Positions 1 through 12,100 of a stretch of 64,000 nucleotides of DNA are shown piece by piece; position 1 is the first letter of the stretch, and every line of letters starts with the position of its first letter. The stretch is taken from the NCBI RefSeq assembly GCF_963921235.1, contig NC_086099.1:1984001-2048000 (forward strand), given 5' to 3'. The notes beneath the pieces are model-generated. The model did not search any database, was not told the DNA's origin, and saw only the letters and a list, made by a program, of their open reading frames with translations. Made by a program: the position numbers and the translations under genes. This DNA is from Mobula hypostoma (taxonomy: Eukaryota).

Positions 1-1200
1 AGAAGTAACCATTCCTGCCCCTGAGCCATCCAAATCTCTGTAATGGCCAAAACATCATATCTCCAAGTGCTGATCCACGCTCTAAGCTCATCCACTTTGT
101 TCATGATGCTTCTTGCGTTAAAACAGACACATCTCAAACCATTGGTCTGAGCGTGTCCCTTCTCTATCACCTACCTATCCTCCCTCTCGCACTACAAGCC
201 TTCTCTATTTGTGAGCCAATTGCCCATTCCTCTGTCTCTTCAATTCGGTTCCCAACCCCCAGCAATTCTAGTTTAAACTCTCCCCAATAGCCTTAGCAAA
301 TTCCCTGCCACGATATGGGTCCCCCTGGGATTCAAGTGCAACACAACCTTTTTGTACAGGTCACTCCTGCCCCAAAAGAGGTCCCAATGATCCAGAAATC
401 TGAATCCCTGTCCCCTGCTCCAATCCCTCAGCCACACATTTATCCTCCACCTCATTCTGTTTCTATTCTCACTGTCACGTGGCACAGGCAGTAATCCCGA
501 GATTACTACCTTTGTGATCCTGCTTCTCAACTTCCTTCCTAACTCCCTATATTCTCCTTTCAGGACCTCCTCCCTTTTCCTACCACGACCTCAGGCTGTT
601 CACCTGCACACCTCAGGAAATTGTGGACACAATCAGAAACATCCCAGACCCTGGAACCTGGGAGGCAAACTACCATCTGTGCTTCTTTCCTGCATCCAAA
701 GAATCGCCTGTCTGACCCTCTAACTATAGAGTCCCCTATCACTACTGGCATCCTGTTCCTTTCCCTACCCTTCTGAGCCACAGGGCCAGACTCTGTGCCA
801 GAGGCACGGCCACTGTTGCTTCCCCAGGTAGGCTGTCCCCCCCCCCCAACAGTACTCAAACAGGAGTACTTATTGTTCAGGGGTACAGCCACAGAGGTAC
901 TCTCTATTACCTGACTCTTCCCCTTCCCTCTACTGACTGTTACTCACTTGTCTGTCTCCTGCGGCCCCAGTGTGACCACCTGCCTATAACTCTCCTCTAT
1001 CACCTTCTCGCTCTCCCTGACCAGACAAAGGTCATCAAGCTGCATCTCCAGTTCCCTAACCTGGTCCCCAAGGAGCTGCAGCTCAACACACCTGGTACAG
1101 ATGTGGCCGTCCGGGAGGCTGGGAGTCTCCTGGGCATCCCACATCCGACACCCAGTACTGAACACACATACTTCCAATTCCTATTTTTCACAAGTAACTT
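1..1200 (-). mobile_element. CR1 LINE 5' part (decayed ORF1: Cys-rich finger and SGNH esterase-like domain)
   Basis: CRMW..HICTRCVELQLL, VVIGDSIVRGSDRRF, FLDHWDLFWGRSDLY motifs. Confidence 0.85.
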
Positions 1201-1842
1201 AGCTCACCTTGACCCATTATCGCCCAAGCCCCGTTGAGCCAAAGCCCTCCCACTCTGACGCCAGCTCTATAAAACTGTCTTCTTTTTGAACTCTTCCCGC
1301 CCGTCTAACTCACCGACATTCACGCACCTGCGCAGTCATGCCTTGATCAAACTGAAGAAAAAATGCTCTCCATTTAAATTCTTCCTGCTGGTCTAACTCG
1401 CTGACGTCCACACGCCTGCGCACTTCATGATTACTAATGTCACTGTTGCTGATGGTAATGATTCAGGCCAGTTATCGGTACTCTCTTGGGCATCAGAACG
1501 ATCCTGTCTGCCCTGAGCCTGCATGGACAATGGACTGTTTCAGAAAGATATTAAAGATGTCTGTTAGGACCTCTGCTAGCTGGGCTGCACAGTTCCTCAG
1601 CATCTGACCAGGTATGTTAACCAGCCGGATAGCTTTGTCTGAGTTTACTCCCGCTGGGATCCTCCTCACCTCAGCTGCAGCCACAGAGGGTGCCTATTCC
1701 TCAAGAAGAGAGGGGACGTTTCCTTGACGCCACATAATTCAAGTCATCAAATCGTGCACAGAAAGTATTCAGCCTATCAGGAAAAGAAACAATGTAGCGG
1801 CTAACCCAGAGAGTGGATTTACCATCAATTATGGTTAACATG

Positions 1843-2020
1843 GGCTGGCCGGTGATGTAGTGGCATTAGCACTGGACTTCGAGGCGGATGGCCCCAAGTT
1901 CAAGTCCAGCCAGGTCCCCAGTATCTGCATGGACGAAAGGCCTGGCGATCTACTTCCATATCCACACTATCATAGGGTAGCCATGAGTCGAAGACGACTC
2001 GACAGCAATCAATAACAACA
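1843..2020 (+). mobile_element. tRNA-derived SINE remnant with RTE-like 3' tail
   Basis: A-box-like GTAGTGG, B-box-like GTTCAAGTCC, tail GCCATGAGTCGAAGACGACTCGACAGC followed by AAC-rich end. Confidence 0.55.
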
Positions 2021-2039
2021 TAGTTTAATCATAGCCATA

Positions 2040-2445
2040 GTCATAATCATACTTTATTGATCCCGGGGGAAATTGGTTTTCGTTACAGTTGCACCATAAA
2101 TAAGTAAATAGTAATAAAACTATAAATAGTTAAATAGTAATATGTAAATTATGCCAGAAAATAAGTCCAGGACCAGCCTATTGGCTCAGGGTGTCCGACC
2201 CTCCAAGGGAGGAGTTGTAAAGTTTGATGGCCACAGGCAGGAATGACTTCCTATGACGCTCTGTGCTGCATCTCGGTGGAATGAGTCTCTGGCTGAATGT
2301 ACTCCTGTGCCCACCCAGTACATTATGTAGTGGATGGGAGACATTGTCCAAGATGGCATGCAACTTAGACAACATCCTCTTTTCAGACACCACCGTGAGA
2401 GAGTCCAGTTCCATCTCCACAACATCACTGGCCTTACGAATGAGG
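2040..2445 (-). mobile_element. Rex1/L2-type LINE 3' fragment
   Basis: ILDNVSHPLH..RKSFLPVAIKLYN C-terminal motif. Confidence 0.65.
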
Positions 2446-3154
2446 TAAGTTGAGTGGAAAAGCAAATTGTGCAGAAGGTATGGAGAGTCTGCAGAGAGAT
2501 ATAGATAGTTTAAGTGAGTGGGCAAGAGTCTGGCAGATGGAGTACAATGTTGGTAAATGTGAGGTCATCCACTTTGGAAGGGAAAATGAAAGAGCAGATC
2601 ATTATTTACAAGCAGCACGCTGCTGTGCAGAGGGACTTGGGAGTGCTTGTGCATGAATCACAAAAGGTTGGTTTGCAGGTGCAGCAGGCTATCAAGAAGG
2701 CAAATGGAATGTTGGCCTTCATCACTAGAGGGTTTGAATTTAATAACAGGGAGGTTATGCTGCAATTGTACAGTGCACTGGTGAGGCCGCACCTGGAGTA
2801 CTGCGTGCAGTTCTGGTCTCCTTACTTGAGGAAGGATATATTGGCTTTAGAGGTACACCAGGTTGATTCCAGGGATGAGGGGATTAGACTATGAGGAGAG
2901 ATTGAGTTGCCTGGGACTGTACTCCCTAGAATTCGGAAGAATGAGAGGAGATCTTATAGAAACATAAAATTATGAAAGGGATAGACAAGGTAGAGGCAGG
3001 AAAATTGTGGTACTGGTAGGTGAGACTAGAACTGGAGGACATAGCCTCCAGATTCAGGGGAGTGAAGAAAGCGAATGCGATGTTGGTATTCATTTCTAGA
3101 GGAATAGAGTGTAGGAGCAGGGATGTGATGTTGAGGCTCTTTAAGGCACTGGTA

Positions 3155-4110
3155 AGACTTGTCCCCTTGTCCTCACCTACCACCCCACCAGCCTCCGGAT
3201 CCAGCACATTATCCTCCGCAACTTCTGCCACCTTCAACAGGACCCCACCACTAAGCACATCTTTCCCTCTCCGCTTTCCGCGGGGATGGGTCCCTCCACG
3301 ACTCCCTGGTCCACACATCCCTCCCCACAGATCTCCCACCCAGCACTTATCCCTGTCAGCATTGGTGCTACACCTGTCCCTACACCACCTCTCTTGTCAT
3401 CATTCAGGGCCCCAAACAGTCCTTCCAGGTGAGGCAACACTTCACTTGTGAGTCTGTTGGGGTCATCTATTGCATCCGGTGCTCCCGGTGCGGCCTCCTC
3501 CACATCGGTGAAACCCGACACAGATTGGGGGACCGCTTCGTCAAGCACCTCCACTCCGTCCGCCACAACAGACAGGATCTCCCAGTAGCCACCCACTTCA
3601 ACTCTGCTTCCCACTCCCATTCAGATATGTCCATACATGGCCTCCTCTACTGTCATGATGAGGCTAAACTCAGGTTGGAGGTGCAACACCTCATATACCG
3701 TCTAGGTAGTCTCCAGCCCCTTGGTATGAATATAGAATTCTCCAACTTCCGGTAATTCCCTGCCCCTCCCTTCCTCTATCCCTATGTCACTCTGCCCCCT
3801 CCCTCAGCTGCCCATCACCTCCCTCATGGTTCCGCCTCCTTCTACTACCCATTGTGTTTTCCCCTATTCCTTCTTCACCTTTCCTGCCTATCACCTCCCT
3901 GCTTCCCCTCCCCCACCCCTTTATCTTTCCCCTTACTGGTTTTTCACCTGGAACCTACCAGCCTTCTCCTTCCCACCCTCCCCCCACCTTCTTTATAGGG
4001 CCTCTGCCCCCTCTCTCTATAGTCCTGACGAAGGGTTCCGGCCCAAAATGTCGACCGATCTTTTCCACGGATGCTGCCCGACCTGCTGAGTTCCTCCAGC
4101 GTGTTGTGAG
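3155..4110 (+). mobile_element. Penelope-like element fragment (GIY-YIG endonuclease) nested in CR1
   Basis: CESVGVIYCIRCSRCGLLHIGETRHRLGDRF..H; pyrimidine-rich tail and CTGACGAAGGG terminal motif. Confidence 0.85.
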
Positions 4111-4213
4111 TCCAACATCCTTGTAAATCTCCTCTGCACCCCTTCTATGGTTTCATGTCCCTCCTGTAGTGAGGCAACCAGAACTGAGTGCAGTACTCCA
4201 AGTGGGGTCTGAC

Positions 4214-5295
4214 CTATGTTTCTTCTAAGCTATGCACGCACACACACGTTTTTCAACCAGCGCACAAAGGAAATTAATGTGCGCACAAAAGGTTAGTTAC
4301 CTAAAATAATGTAATTAATAATTACACTTATTGAAAATAATCTTTTAGCTAACTGTTTCGGTTAACTAGTTAGTCAATTTTTCAAATACCACAATGCACG
4401 TCACTAATTTACGTCACCTCACCTTTCCTGTTCCAGTTTGTACAGCTGCATTCTGCGCGAGGCAAAATGAACAACATAAGAAAGCAGTATCTGTGAGACA
4501 ATGTTTCGTGGAGTGAAAAAGTTAAAAGTTTTGCTAAGCCAACAACGTGAAGAAAACATCACCGTAGATACAAGTTCGCTGTTGACTTTTATAAACAGTC
4601 TTTGTGTTCATTTAGAAGAAAGGCTTCCTGAAGATGAGGTTCAAGAATGGTCAGCTTTTGATTTCTCCACAATTGCAAATTGTGACTTCACATTTGGCGA
4701 TGAACAAGTTAATGCCTTATGTCTAAAATATCATGATTTTCTAGCTGAGAAATACTGTAATACTTAGACAGTTTAATGATTTCAAATTTTCCGTGCAAGA
4801 AAAAATTAAATCCAAACTGATTTCAAACTTTGCTCAAATGGTGGCATTTGTACTTCAAAATGAACAGTTTTGCGACCTTGCACAGTTGATGGACATTTGG
4901 GGAACCTTTCTTGCGTCTAGTGCAGACTGTGAGCGAGGTTTTAGCCTAATGAATCAACTCAAAAACAAGCTGAGAAACCATTTAGGTGAATATCATTTGG
5001 ATATGTTAATGAGAATCAGAAGCTATCAATTGGATGGAAGTTCTATTAGTCCAGACAGAGTTTACAAAGGATGGGTAAATGCCAAAGACAGGAGAGAGAA
5101 AAAATAACTGAGTGACTTAAATATGTATGTTATTTTGTTTGTTATTCTGTGCAGTTTTATGTCAAATATTTTGTAAATCTACATAAACTGTCCCATGTGT
5201 GCATTCAGTGCGCACATACTTTTGTCACAGGAAAAAAATTTGCACAACATAAGATTTTTGCGCACACTGACTACTAAAAATTAGAGGGAACGTTG
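4214..5295 (+). mobile_element. Internally deleted hAT DNA transposon inserted in a CR1 RT
   Basis: 8-bp TSD GGTCTGAC (4206-4213, 5296-5303); imperfect 15-bp TIRs; hATC-like SSADCERGFSLMNQLKNKLRN at 4793-5107. Confidence 0.88.
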
Positions 5296-5875
5296 GGTCT
5301 GACCAGGGTCCTATATAGCTGCAACATTACCTCTCGGCTCTTAAAGTCAATCCCATGACTGATTACGGCCAATGCACCGTATGCCTTCTTAACCACAGAG
5401 TCAACCTGCGTAGTAGCTGAGAGTGTCTTATGGACTTGGACCCCAAGATCCCTCTGATGCTCCACACTACCAAGAGTCTTACCATTAATAATATATTCTG
5501 CCATCATATTTGACCATACAAAATGAACCACCTCACACTTATCTGGGTTGAACTCCATCTGCCACTTCTCAGCCCAGTTTTGCATCCTATCAATATCCCG
5601 CTGTAACCTCTGACAGCCCTCCACACTATCCACAACACCCCCAACCTTTGTGTCATCAGCAAATTTACTAACCCATCCCTCCACTTCCTCATCCAGGTCA
5701 TTTATAAAAATCACAAAGAGTAAGGGTCCCAGAACAGATCCCTGAGGCACACCACTGGTCACCAACCTCCATACAGAATATGACACGTCTACAACCACTC
5801 TCTCCCTCCTGTGGGCAAGCCAGTTCTGGATCACAAAGCAATTTCCCCTTGGATCCCATGCCTCCTTACTTTGAA
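5296..5875 (-). mobile_element. CR1 RT fragment (continues at 4110-4213) in SRP72 intron 1
   Basis: [18 protein letters not shown] motifs. Confidence 0.9.
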
Positions 5876-5976
5876 GGCTCTACTTTCATCAATGGTGGAC
5901 AGAGTATGATGTGCACTTCGGCCCGCCGGCTGGGACATGTCACCACGGCCTCTCACCACCCACACCCGCCGCTTAC

Positions 5977-6073
5977 TTCTGTTCAGGGACTTCAGAGCCC
6001 GGCTGTAGTCCGCAGTCTGCCCGCAACGATTCACTTCGGTCCACAGCGCCGTTAGCGAGCTGCCACTCGCCAT
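5977..6073 (-). CDS. SRP72: SRP72 (signal recognition particle 72 kDa) coding exon 1; downstream exons not found in window
   Basis: GCC-ATG-G Kozak start; translates MASGSSLTALWTEVNRCGQTADYSRALKSLNR, matching the recalled vertebrate SRP72 N-terminus (..ALWSEVNRYGQNGDFTRALKTVNK); ends at phase-1 donor A|GTAAGC; CpG-rich context. Confidence 0.9.
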
Positions 6074-6160
6074 GGCCAAAGCAACACCAGCAACACCGGC
6101 AACCCCGGTCCTCTGTCAGGCCCAACTGCCCCGCACCGCCTGCGGACAGCACCACCACCG

Positions 6161-9100
6161 GCCACCGCCGCCGCCCGCGCCACCTGCCGGCCGGAGAGTC
6201 GACAGCCGCCGCCGCTAGCGCCACCTGCCGCCCGGAGAGTCGACAGCCGTCGCCGCCAGCGCCACCGGCCGCCCGGACAGTCGCCAGCCGCCGCCGCCGC
6301 CGCCCGTGCCACCTGCCGGCCGGAGAGTCGACAGCCGCCGCCGCCGCCGCCCGCGCCACCTGCCGGCCGTAGACTCGACAGCCGCAGCCGCCGCCCGCGC
6401 CACCTGCCGGCCGGAGAGTCGACAGCCGCCGCCGCCGCCGCCCGCGCCACCTGCCGGCCGTAGAGTCGACAGCCGCAGCCGCCGCCAGCGCCACCGGCCG
6501 CCCGGACAGTCGCCAGCCGCCGCCGCCGCCGCCGCCCGCGCCACCTGCCGGCCGGAGAGTCGACAGCCGTCGCCGCCAGCGCCACCTGCCGGCCGGAGAG
6601 TCGACAGCCGCCGCCGCCGCCGCCCGCGCCACCTGCCGGCCGTAGACTCGACAGCCGCAGCCGCCGCCCGCGCCACCTGCCGGCCGGAGAGTCGACAGCC
6701 GCCGCCGCCGCCGCCCGCGCCACCTGCCGGCCGTAGAGTCGACAGCCGCAGCCGCCGCCCGCGCCACCTGCCGGCCGGAGAGTCGACAGCCGCCGCCGCC
6801 GCCCGCGCCACCTGCCGGCCGGAGAGTCGCCAGCCGTCGCCGCCAGCGCCACCTGCCGGCCGGAGAGTCAACAGCCGCAGCCGCCGCCCGCGCCACCTGC
6901 CGCCCGGACAGTCGACAGCCGCCGCCGCCGCCGCCGCCCGCGCCACCTGCCGGCCGGAGAGTCGCCAGCCGTCGCCGCCAGCGCCACCTGCCGGCCGGAG
7001 AGTCGACAGCCGCCGCCGCCGCCGCCCGCGCCACCTGCCGGCCGTAGAGTCGACAGCCGCAGCCGCCGCCCGCGCCACCTGCCGGCCGGAGAGTCGCCGG
7101 CCGCCGCCGCCGCCGCCCGTGCCACCTGCCGGCCGGAGAGTCGACAGCCGCCGCCGCCGCCCGCGCCACCTGCCGGCCGGAGAGTCGCCAGCCGTCGCCG
7201 CCAGCGCCACCTGCCGGCCGGAGAGACGCCGGCCGCCGCCGCCCGCGCCACCTGCCGGCCGGAGAGTCCACAGCCGCCGCCGCCAGCGCCACCTGCCGGC
7301 CGGAGAGACGACAGCCGCCGCCGCTAGCGCCACCTGCCGCCCGGAGAGTCGACAACAGCCGACACCCGCGCCACCTGCCGGCCGGAGGGTCGCCAGCGCC
7401 ACCTGCCGGCCGGAGAGTCGACTGCCGCCGCCGCAGCCGCCCGCGCCACCTGCCGGCCGGAGGGTCGCCAGCCGCCGCCGCCAGCGCCACCTGCCGGCCG
7501 GAGAGTCAACAGCCGCAGCCGCCGCCCGCGCCACCTGCCGGCCGGAGAGTCGACAGCCGCCGCCGCCGCCGCCCGCGCCACCTGCCGGCCGTAGAGTCGA
7601 CAGCCGCAGCCGCCGCCCGCGCCACCTGCCGCCCGGACAGTCGACAGCCGCCGCCACCGCCGCCGCCCGCGCCACCTGCCGGCCGGAGGGTCGCCAGCCG
7701 CCGCCGCCAGCGCCACCTGCCGGCCGGAGAGTCAACAGCCGCAGCCGCCGCCCGCGCCACCTGCCGGCCGGAGAGTCGACAGCCGCCGCCGCCGCCGCCC
7801 GCGCCACCTGCCGGCCGTAGAGTCGACAGCCGCAGCCGCCGCCCGCGCCACCTGCCGGCCGGAGAGTCGACAGCCGCCGCCGCCGCCGCCCGCGCCACCT
7901 GCCGGCCGTAGAGTCGACAGCCGCAGCCGCCGCCCGCGCCACCTGCCGCCCGGACAGTCGACAGCCGCCGCCGCCGCCGCCGCCCGCGCCACCTGCCGGC
8001 CGGAGAGTCGCCAGCCGTCGCCGCCAGCGCCACCTGCCGGCCGGAGAGTCGACAGCCGCCGCCGCCGCCGCCCGCGCCACCTGCCGGCCGTAGAGTCGAC
8101 AGCCGCAGCCGCCGCCCGCGCCACCTGCCGGCCGGAGAGTCGCCGGCCGCCGCCGCCGCCGCCCGTGCCACCTGCCGGCCGGAGAGTCGACAGCCGCCGC
8201 CGCCGCCCGCGCCACCTGCCGGCCGGAGAGTCGCCAGCCGACGCCGCCAGCGCCACCTGCCGGCCGGAGAGTCGACAGCCGCCGCCGCCGCCGCCCGCGC
8301 CACCTGCCGGCCGTAGAGTCGACAGCCGCAGCCGCCGCCCGCGCCACCTGCCGGCCGGAGAGTCGCCGGCCGCCGCCGCCGCCGCCCGTGCCACCTGCCG
8401 GCCGGAGAGTCGACAGCCGCCGCCGCCGCCCGCGCCACCTGCCGGCCGGAGAGTCGCCAGCCGTCGCCGCCAGCGCCACCTGCCGGCCGGAGAGACGCCG
8501 GCCGCCGCCGCCCGCGCCACCTGCCGGCCGGAGAGTCCACAGCCGCCGCCGCCAGCGCCACCTGCCGGCCGGAGAGACGACAGCCGCCGCCGCTAGCGCC
8601 ACCTGCCGCCCGGAGAGTCGACAACAGCCGACACCCGCGCCACCTGCCGGCCGGAGGGTCGCCAGCCGCCGCCGCCAGCGCCACCTGCCGGCCGGAGAGT
8701 CAACAGCCGCAGCCGCCGCCCGCGCCACCTGCCGGCCGGAGAGTCGACAGCCGCCGCCGCCGCCGCCCGCGCCACCTGCCGGCCGTAGAGTCGACAGCCG
8801 CAGCCGCCGCCCGCGCCACCTGCCGCCCGGACAGTCGACAGCCGCCGCCACCGCCGCCGCCCGCGCCACCTGCCGGCCGGAGGGTCGCCAGCCGCCGCCG
8901 CCAGCGCCACCTGCCGGCCGGAGAGTCAACAGCCGCAGCCGCCGCCCGCGCCACCTGCCGGCCGGAGAGTCGACAGCCGCCGCCGCCGCCGCCCGCGCCA
9001 CCTGCCGGCCGTAGAGTCGACAGCCGCAGCCGCCGCCCGCGCCACCTGCCGGCCGGAGAGTCGACAGCCGCCGCCGCCGCCGCCCGCGCCACCTGCCGGC

Positions 9101-12100
9101 CGTAGAGTCGACAGCCGCAGCCGCCTCCCGCGCCACCTGCCGCCCGGACAGTCGACAGCCGCCGCCGCCGCCGCCGCCCGCGCCACCTGCCGGCCGGAGA
9201 GTCGCCAGCCGTCGCCGCCAGCGCCACCTGCCGGCCGGAGAGTCGACAGCCGCCGCCGCCGCCGCCGCCCGCGCCACCTGCCGGCCGGAGGGTCGCCAGC
9301 CGCCGCCGCCAGCGCCACCTGCCGGCCGGAGAGTCAACAGCCGCAGCCGCCGCCCGCGCCACCTGCCGGCCGGAGAGTCGACAGCCGCCGCCGCCGCCGC
9401 CCGCGCCACCTGCCGGCCGTAGAGTCGACAGCCGCAGCCGCCGCCCGCGCCACCTGCCGGCCGGAGAGTCGACAGCCGCCGCCGCCGCCGCCCGCGCCAC
9501 CTGCCGGCCGTAGAGTCGACAGCCGCAGCCGCCGCCCGCGCCACCTGCCGCCCGGACAGTCGACAGCCGCCGCCGCCGCCGCCGCCCGCGCCACCTGCCG
9601 GCCGGAGAGTCGCCAGCCGTCGCCGCCAGCGCCACCTGCCGGCCGGAGAGTCGACAGCCGCCGCCGCCGCCGCCCGCGCCACCTGCCGGCCGTAGAGTCG
9701 ACAGCCGCAGCCGCCGCCCGCGCCACCTGCCGGCCGGAGAGTCGCCGGCCGCCGCCGCCGCCGCCCGTGCCACCTGCCGGCCGGAGAGTCGACAGCCGCC
9801 GCCGCCGCCCGCGCCACCTGCCGGCCGGAGAGTCGCCAGCCGTCGCCGCCAGCGCCACCTGCCGGCCGGAGAGACGCCGGCCGCCGCCGCCCGCGCCACC
9901 TGCCGGCCGGAGAGTCCACAGCCGCCGCCGCCAGCGCCACCTGCCGGCCGGAGAGACGACAGCCGCCGCCGCTAGCGCCACCTGCCGCCCGGAGAGTCGA
10001 CAACAGCCGACACCCGCGCCACCTGCCGGCCGGAGGGTCGCCAGCCGCCGCCGCCAGCGCCACCTGCCGGCCGGAGAGTCGACAGCCGCAGCCGCCGCCC
10101 GCGCCACCTGCCGGCCGGAGAGTCGACAGCCGCCGCCGCCGCCGCCCGCGCCACCTGCCGGCCGGAGAGTCGACAGCCGCAGCCGCCGCCCGCGCCACCT
10201 GCCGCCCGGACAGTCGACAGCCGCCGCCACCGCCGCCGCCCGCGCCACCTGCCGGCCGGAGAGTCGACAGCCGCAGCCGCCGCCCGCGCCACCTGCCGGC
10301 CGGAGAGTCGACAGCCGCCGCCGCCGCCGCCCGCGCCACCTGCCGGCCGTAGAGTCGACAGCCGCAGCCGCCGCCCGCGCCACCTGCCGGCCGGAGAGTC
10401 GCCGGCCGCCGCCGCCGCCGCCCGTGCCACCTGCCGGCCGGAGAGTCGACAGCCGCCGCCGCCGCCCGCGCCACCTGCCGGCCGGAGAGTCGCCAGCCGT
10501 CGCCGCCAGCGCCACCTGCCGGCCGGAGAGTCAACAGCCGCAGCCGCCGCCCGCGCCACCTGCCGGCCGGAGAGTCGACAGCCGCCGCCGCCGCCGCCCG
10601 CGCCACCTGCCGGCCGTAGAGTCGACAGCCGCAGCCGCCGCCCGCGCCACCTGCCGCCCGGACAGTCGACAGCCGCCGCCGCCGCCGCCGCCCGCGCCAC
10701 CTGCCGGCCGGAGAGTCGCCAGCCGTCGCCGCCAGCGCCACCTGCCGGCCGGAGAGTCGACAGCCGCCGCCGCCACCGCCCGCGCCACCTGCCGGCCGGA
10801 GAGACGCCGGCCGCCGCCGCCCGCGCCACCTGCCGGCCGGAGAGTCCACAGCCGCCGCCGCCAGCGCTACCTGCCGGCCGGAGAGACGACAGCCGCCGCC
10901 GCTAGCGCCACCTGCCGCCCGGAGAGTCGACAACAGCCGACACCCGCGCCACCTGCCGGCCGGAGAGTCGCCAGCCGTCGCCGCCAGCGCCACCTGCCGG
11001 CCGGAGAGTCGACAGCCGCCGCCGCCACCGCCCGCGCCACCTGCCGGCCGGAGAGACGCCGGCCGCCGCCGCCCGCGCCACCTGCCGGCCGGAGAGTCCA
11101 CAGCCGCCGCCGCCAGCGCCACCTGCCGGCCGGAGAGACGACAGCCGCCGCCGCTAGCGCCACCTGCCGCCCGGAGAGTCGACAACAGCCGACACCCGCG
11201 CCACCTGCCGGCCGGAGAGACGCCGGCCGCCGCCCCGTGCCACCTGCCGGCCGGAGAGTCGACAGCCGCCGCCGCCGCCGCCCGCGCCACCTGCCGGCCG
11301 GAGAGTCGACAGCCGCCGCCGCTAGCGCCACCTGCCGCCCGGAGAGTCGACAGCCGTCGCCGCCAGCGCCACCGGCCGCCCGGACAGTCGCCAGCCGCCG
11401 CCGCCGCCGCCCGTGCCACCTGCCGGCCGGAGAGTCGACAGCCGCCGCCGCCGCCGCCCGCGCCACCTGCCGGCCGTAGACTCGACAGCCGCAGCCGCCG
11501 CCCGCGCCACCTGCCGGCCGGAGAGTCGACAGCCGCCGCCGCCGCCGCCCGCGCCACCTGCCGGCCGTAGAGTCGACAGCCGCAGCCGCCGCCCGCGCCA
11601 CCTGCCGCCCGGACAGTCGACAGCCGCCGCCGCCGCCGCCGCCCGCGCCACCTGCCGGCCGGAGAGTCGCCAGCCGTCGCCGCCAGCGCCACCTGCCGGC
11701 CGGAGAGTCGACAGCCGCCGCCGCCGCCGCCCGCGCCACCTGCCGGCCGTAGACTCGACAGCCGCAGCCGCCGCCCGCGCCACCTGCCGGCCGGAGAGTC
11801 GACAGCCGCCGCCGCCGCCGCCCGCGCCACCTGCCGGCCGTAGAGTCGACAGCCGCAGCCGCCGCCCGCGCCACCTGCCGGCCGGAGAGTCGACAGCCGC
11901 CGCCGCCGCCCGCGCCACCTGCCGGCCGGAGAGTCGCCAGCCGTCGCCGCCAGCGCCACCTGCCGGCCGGAGAGTCAACAGCCGCAGCCGCCGCCCGCGC
12001 CACCTGCCGCCCGGACAGTCGACAGCCGCCGCCGCCGCCGCCGCCCGCGCCACCTGCCGGCCGGAGAGTCGCCAGCCGTCGCCGCCAGCGCCACCTGCCG

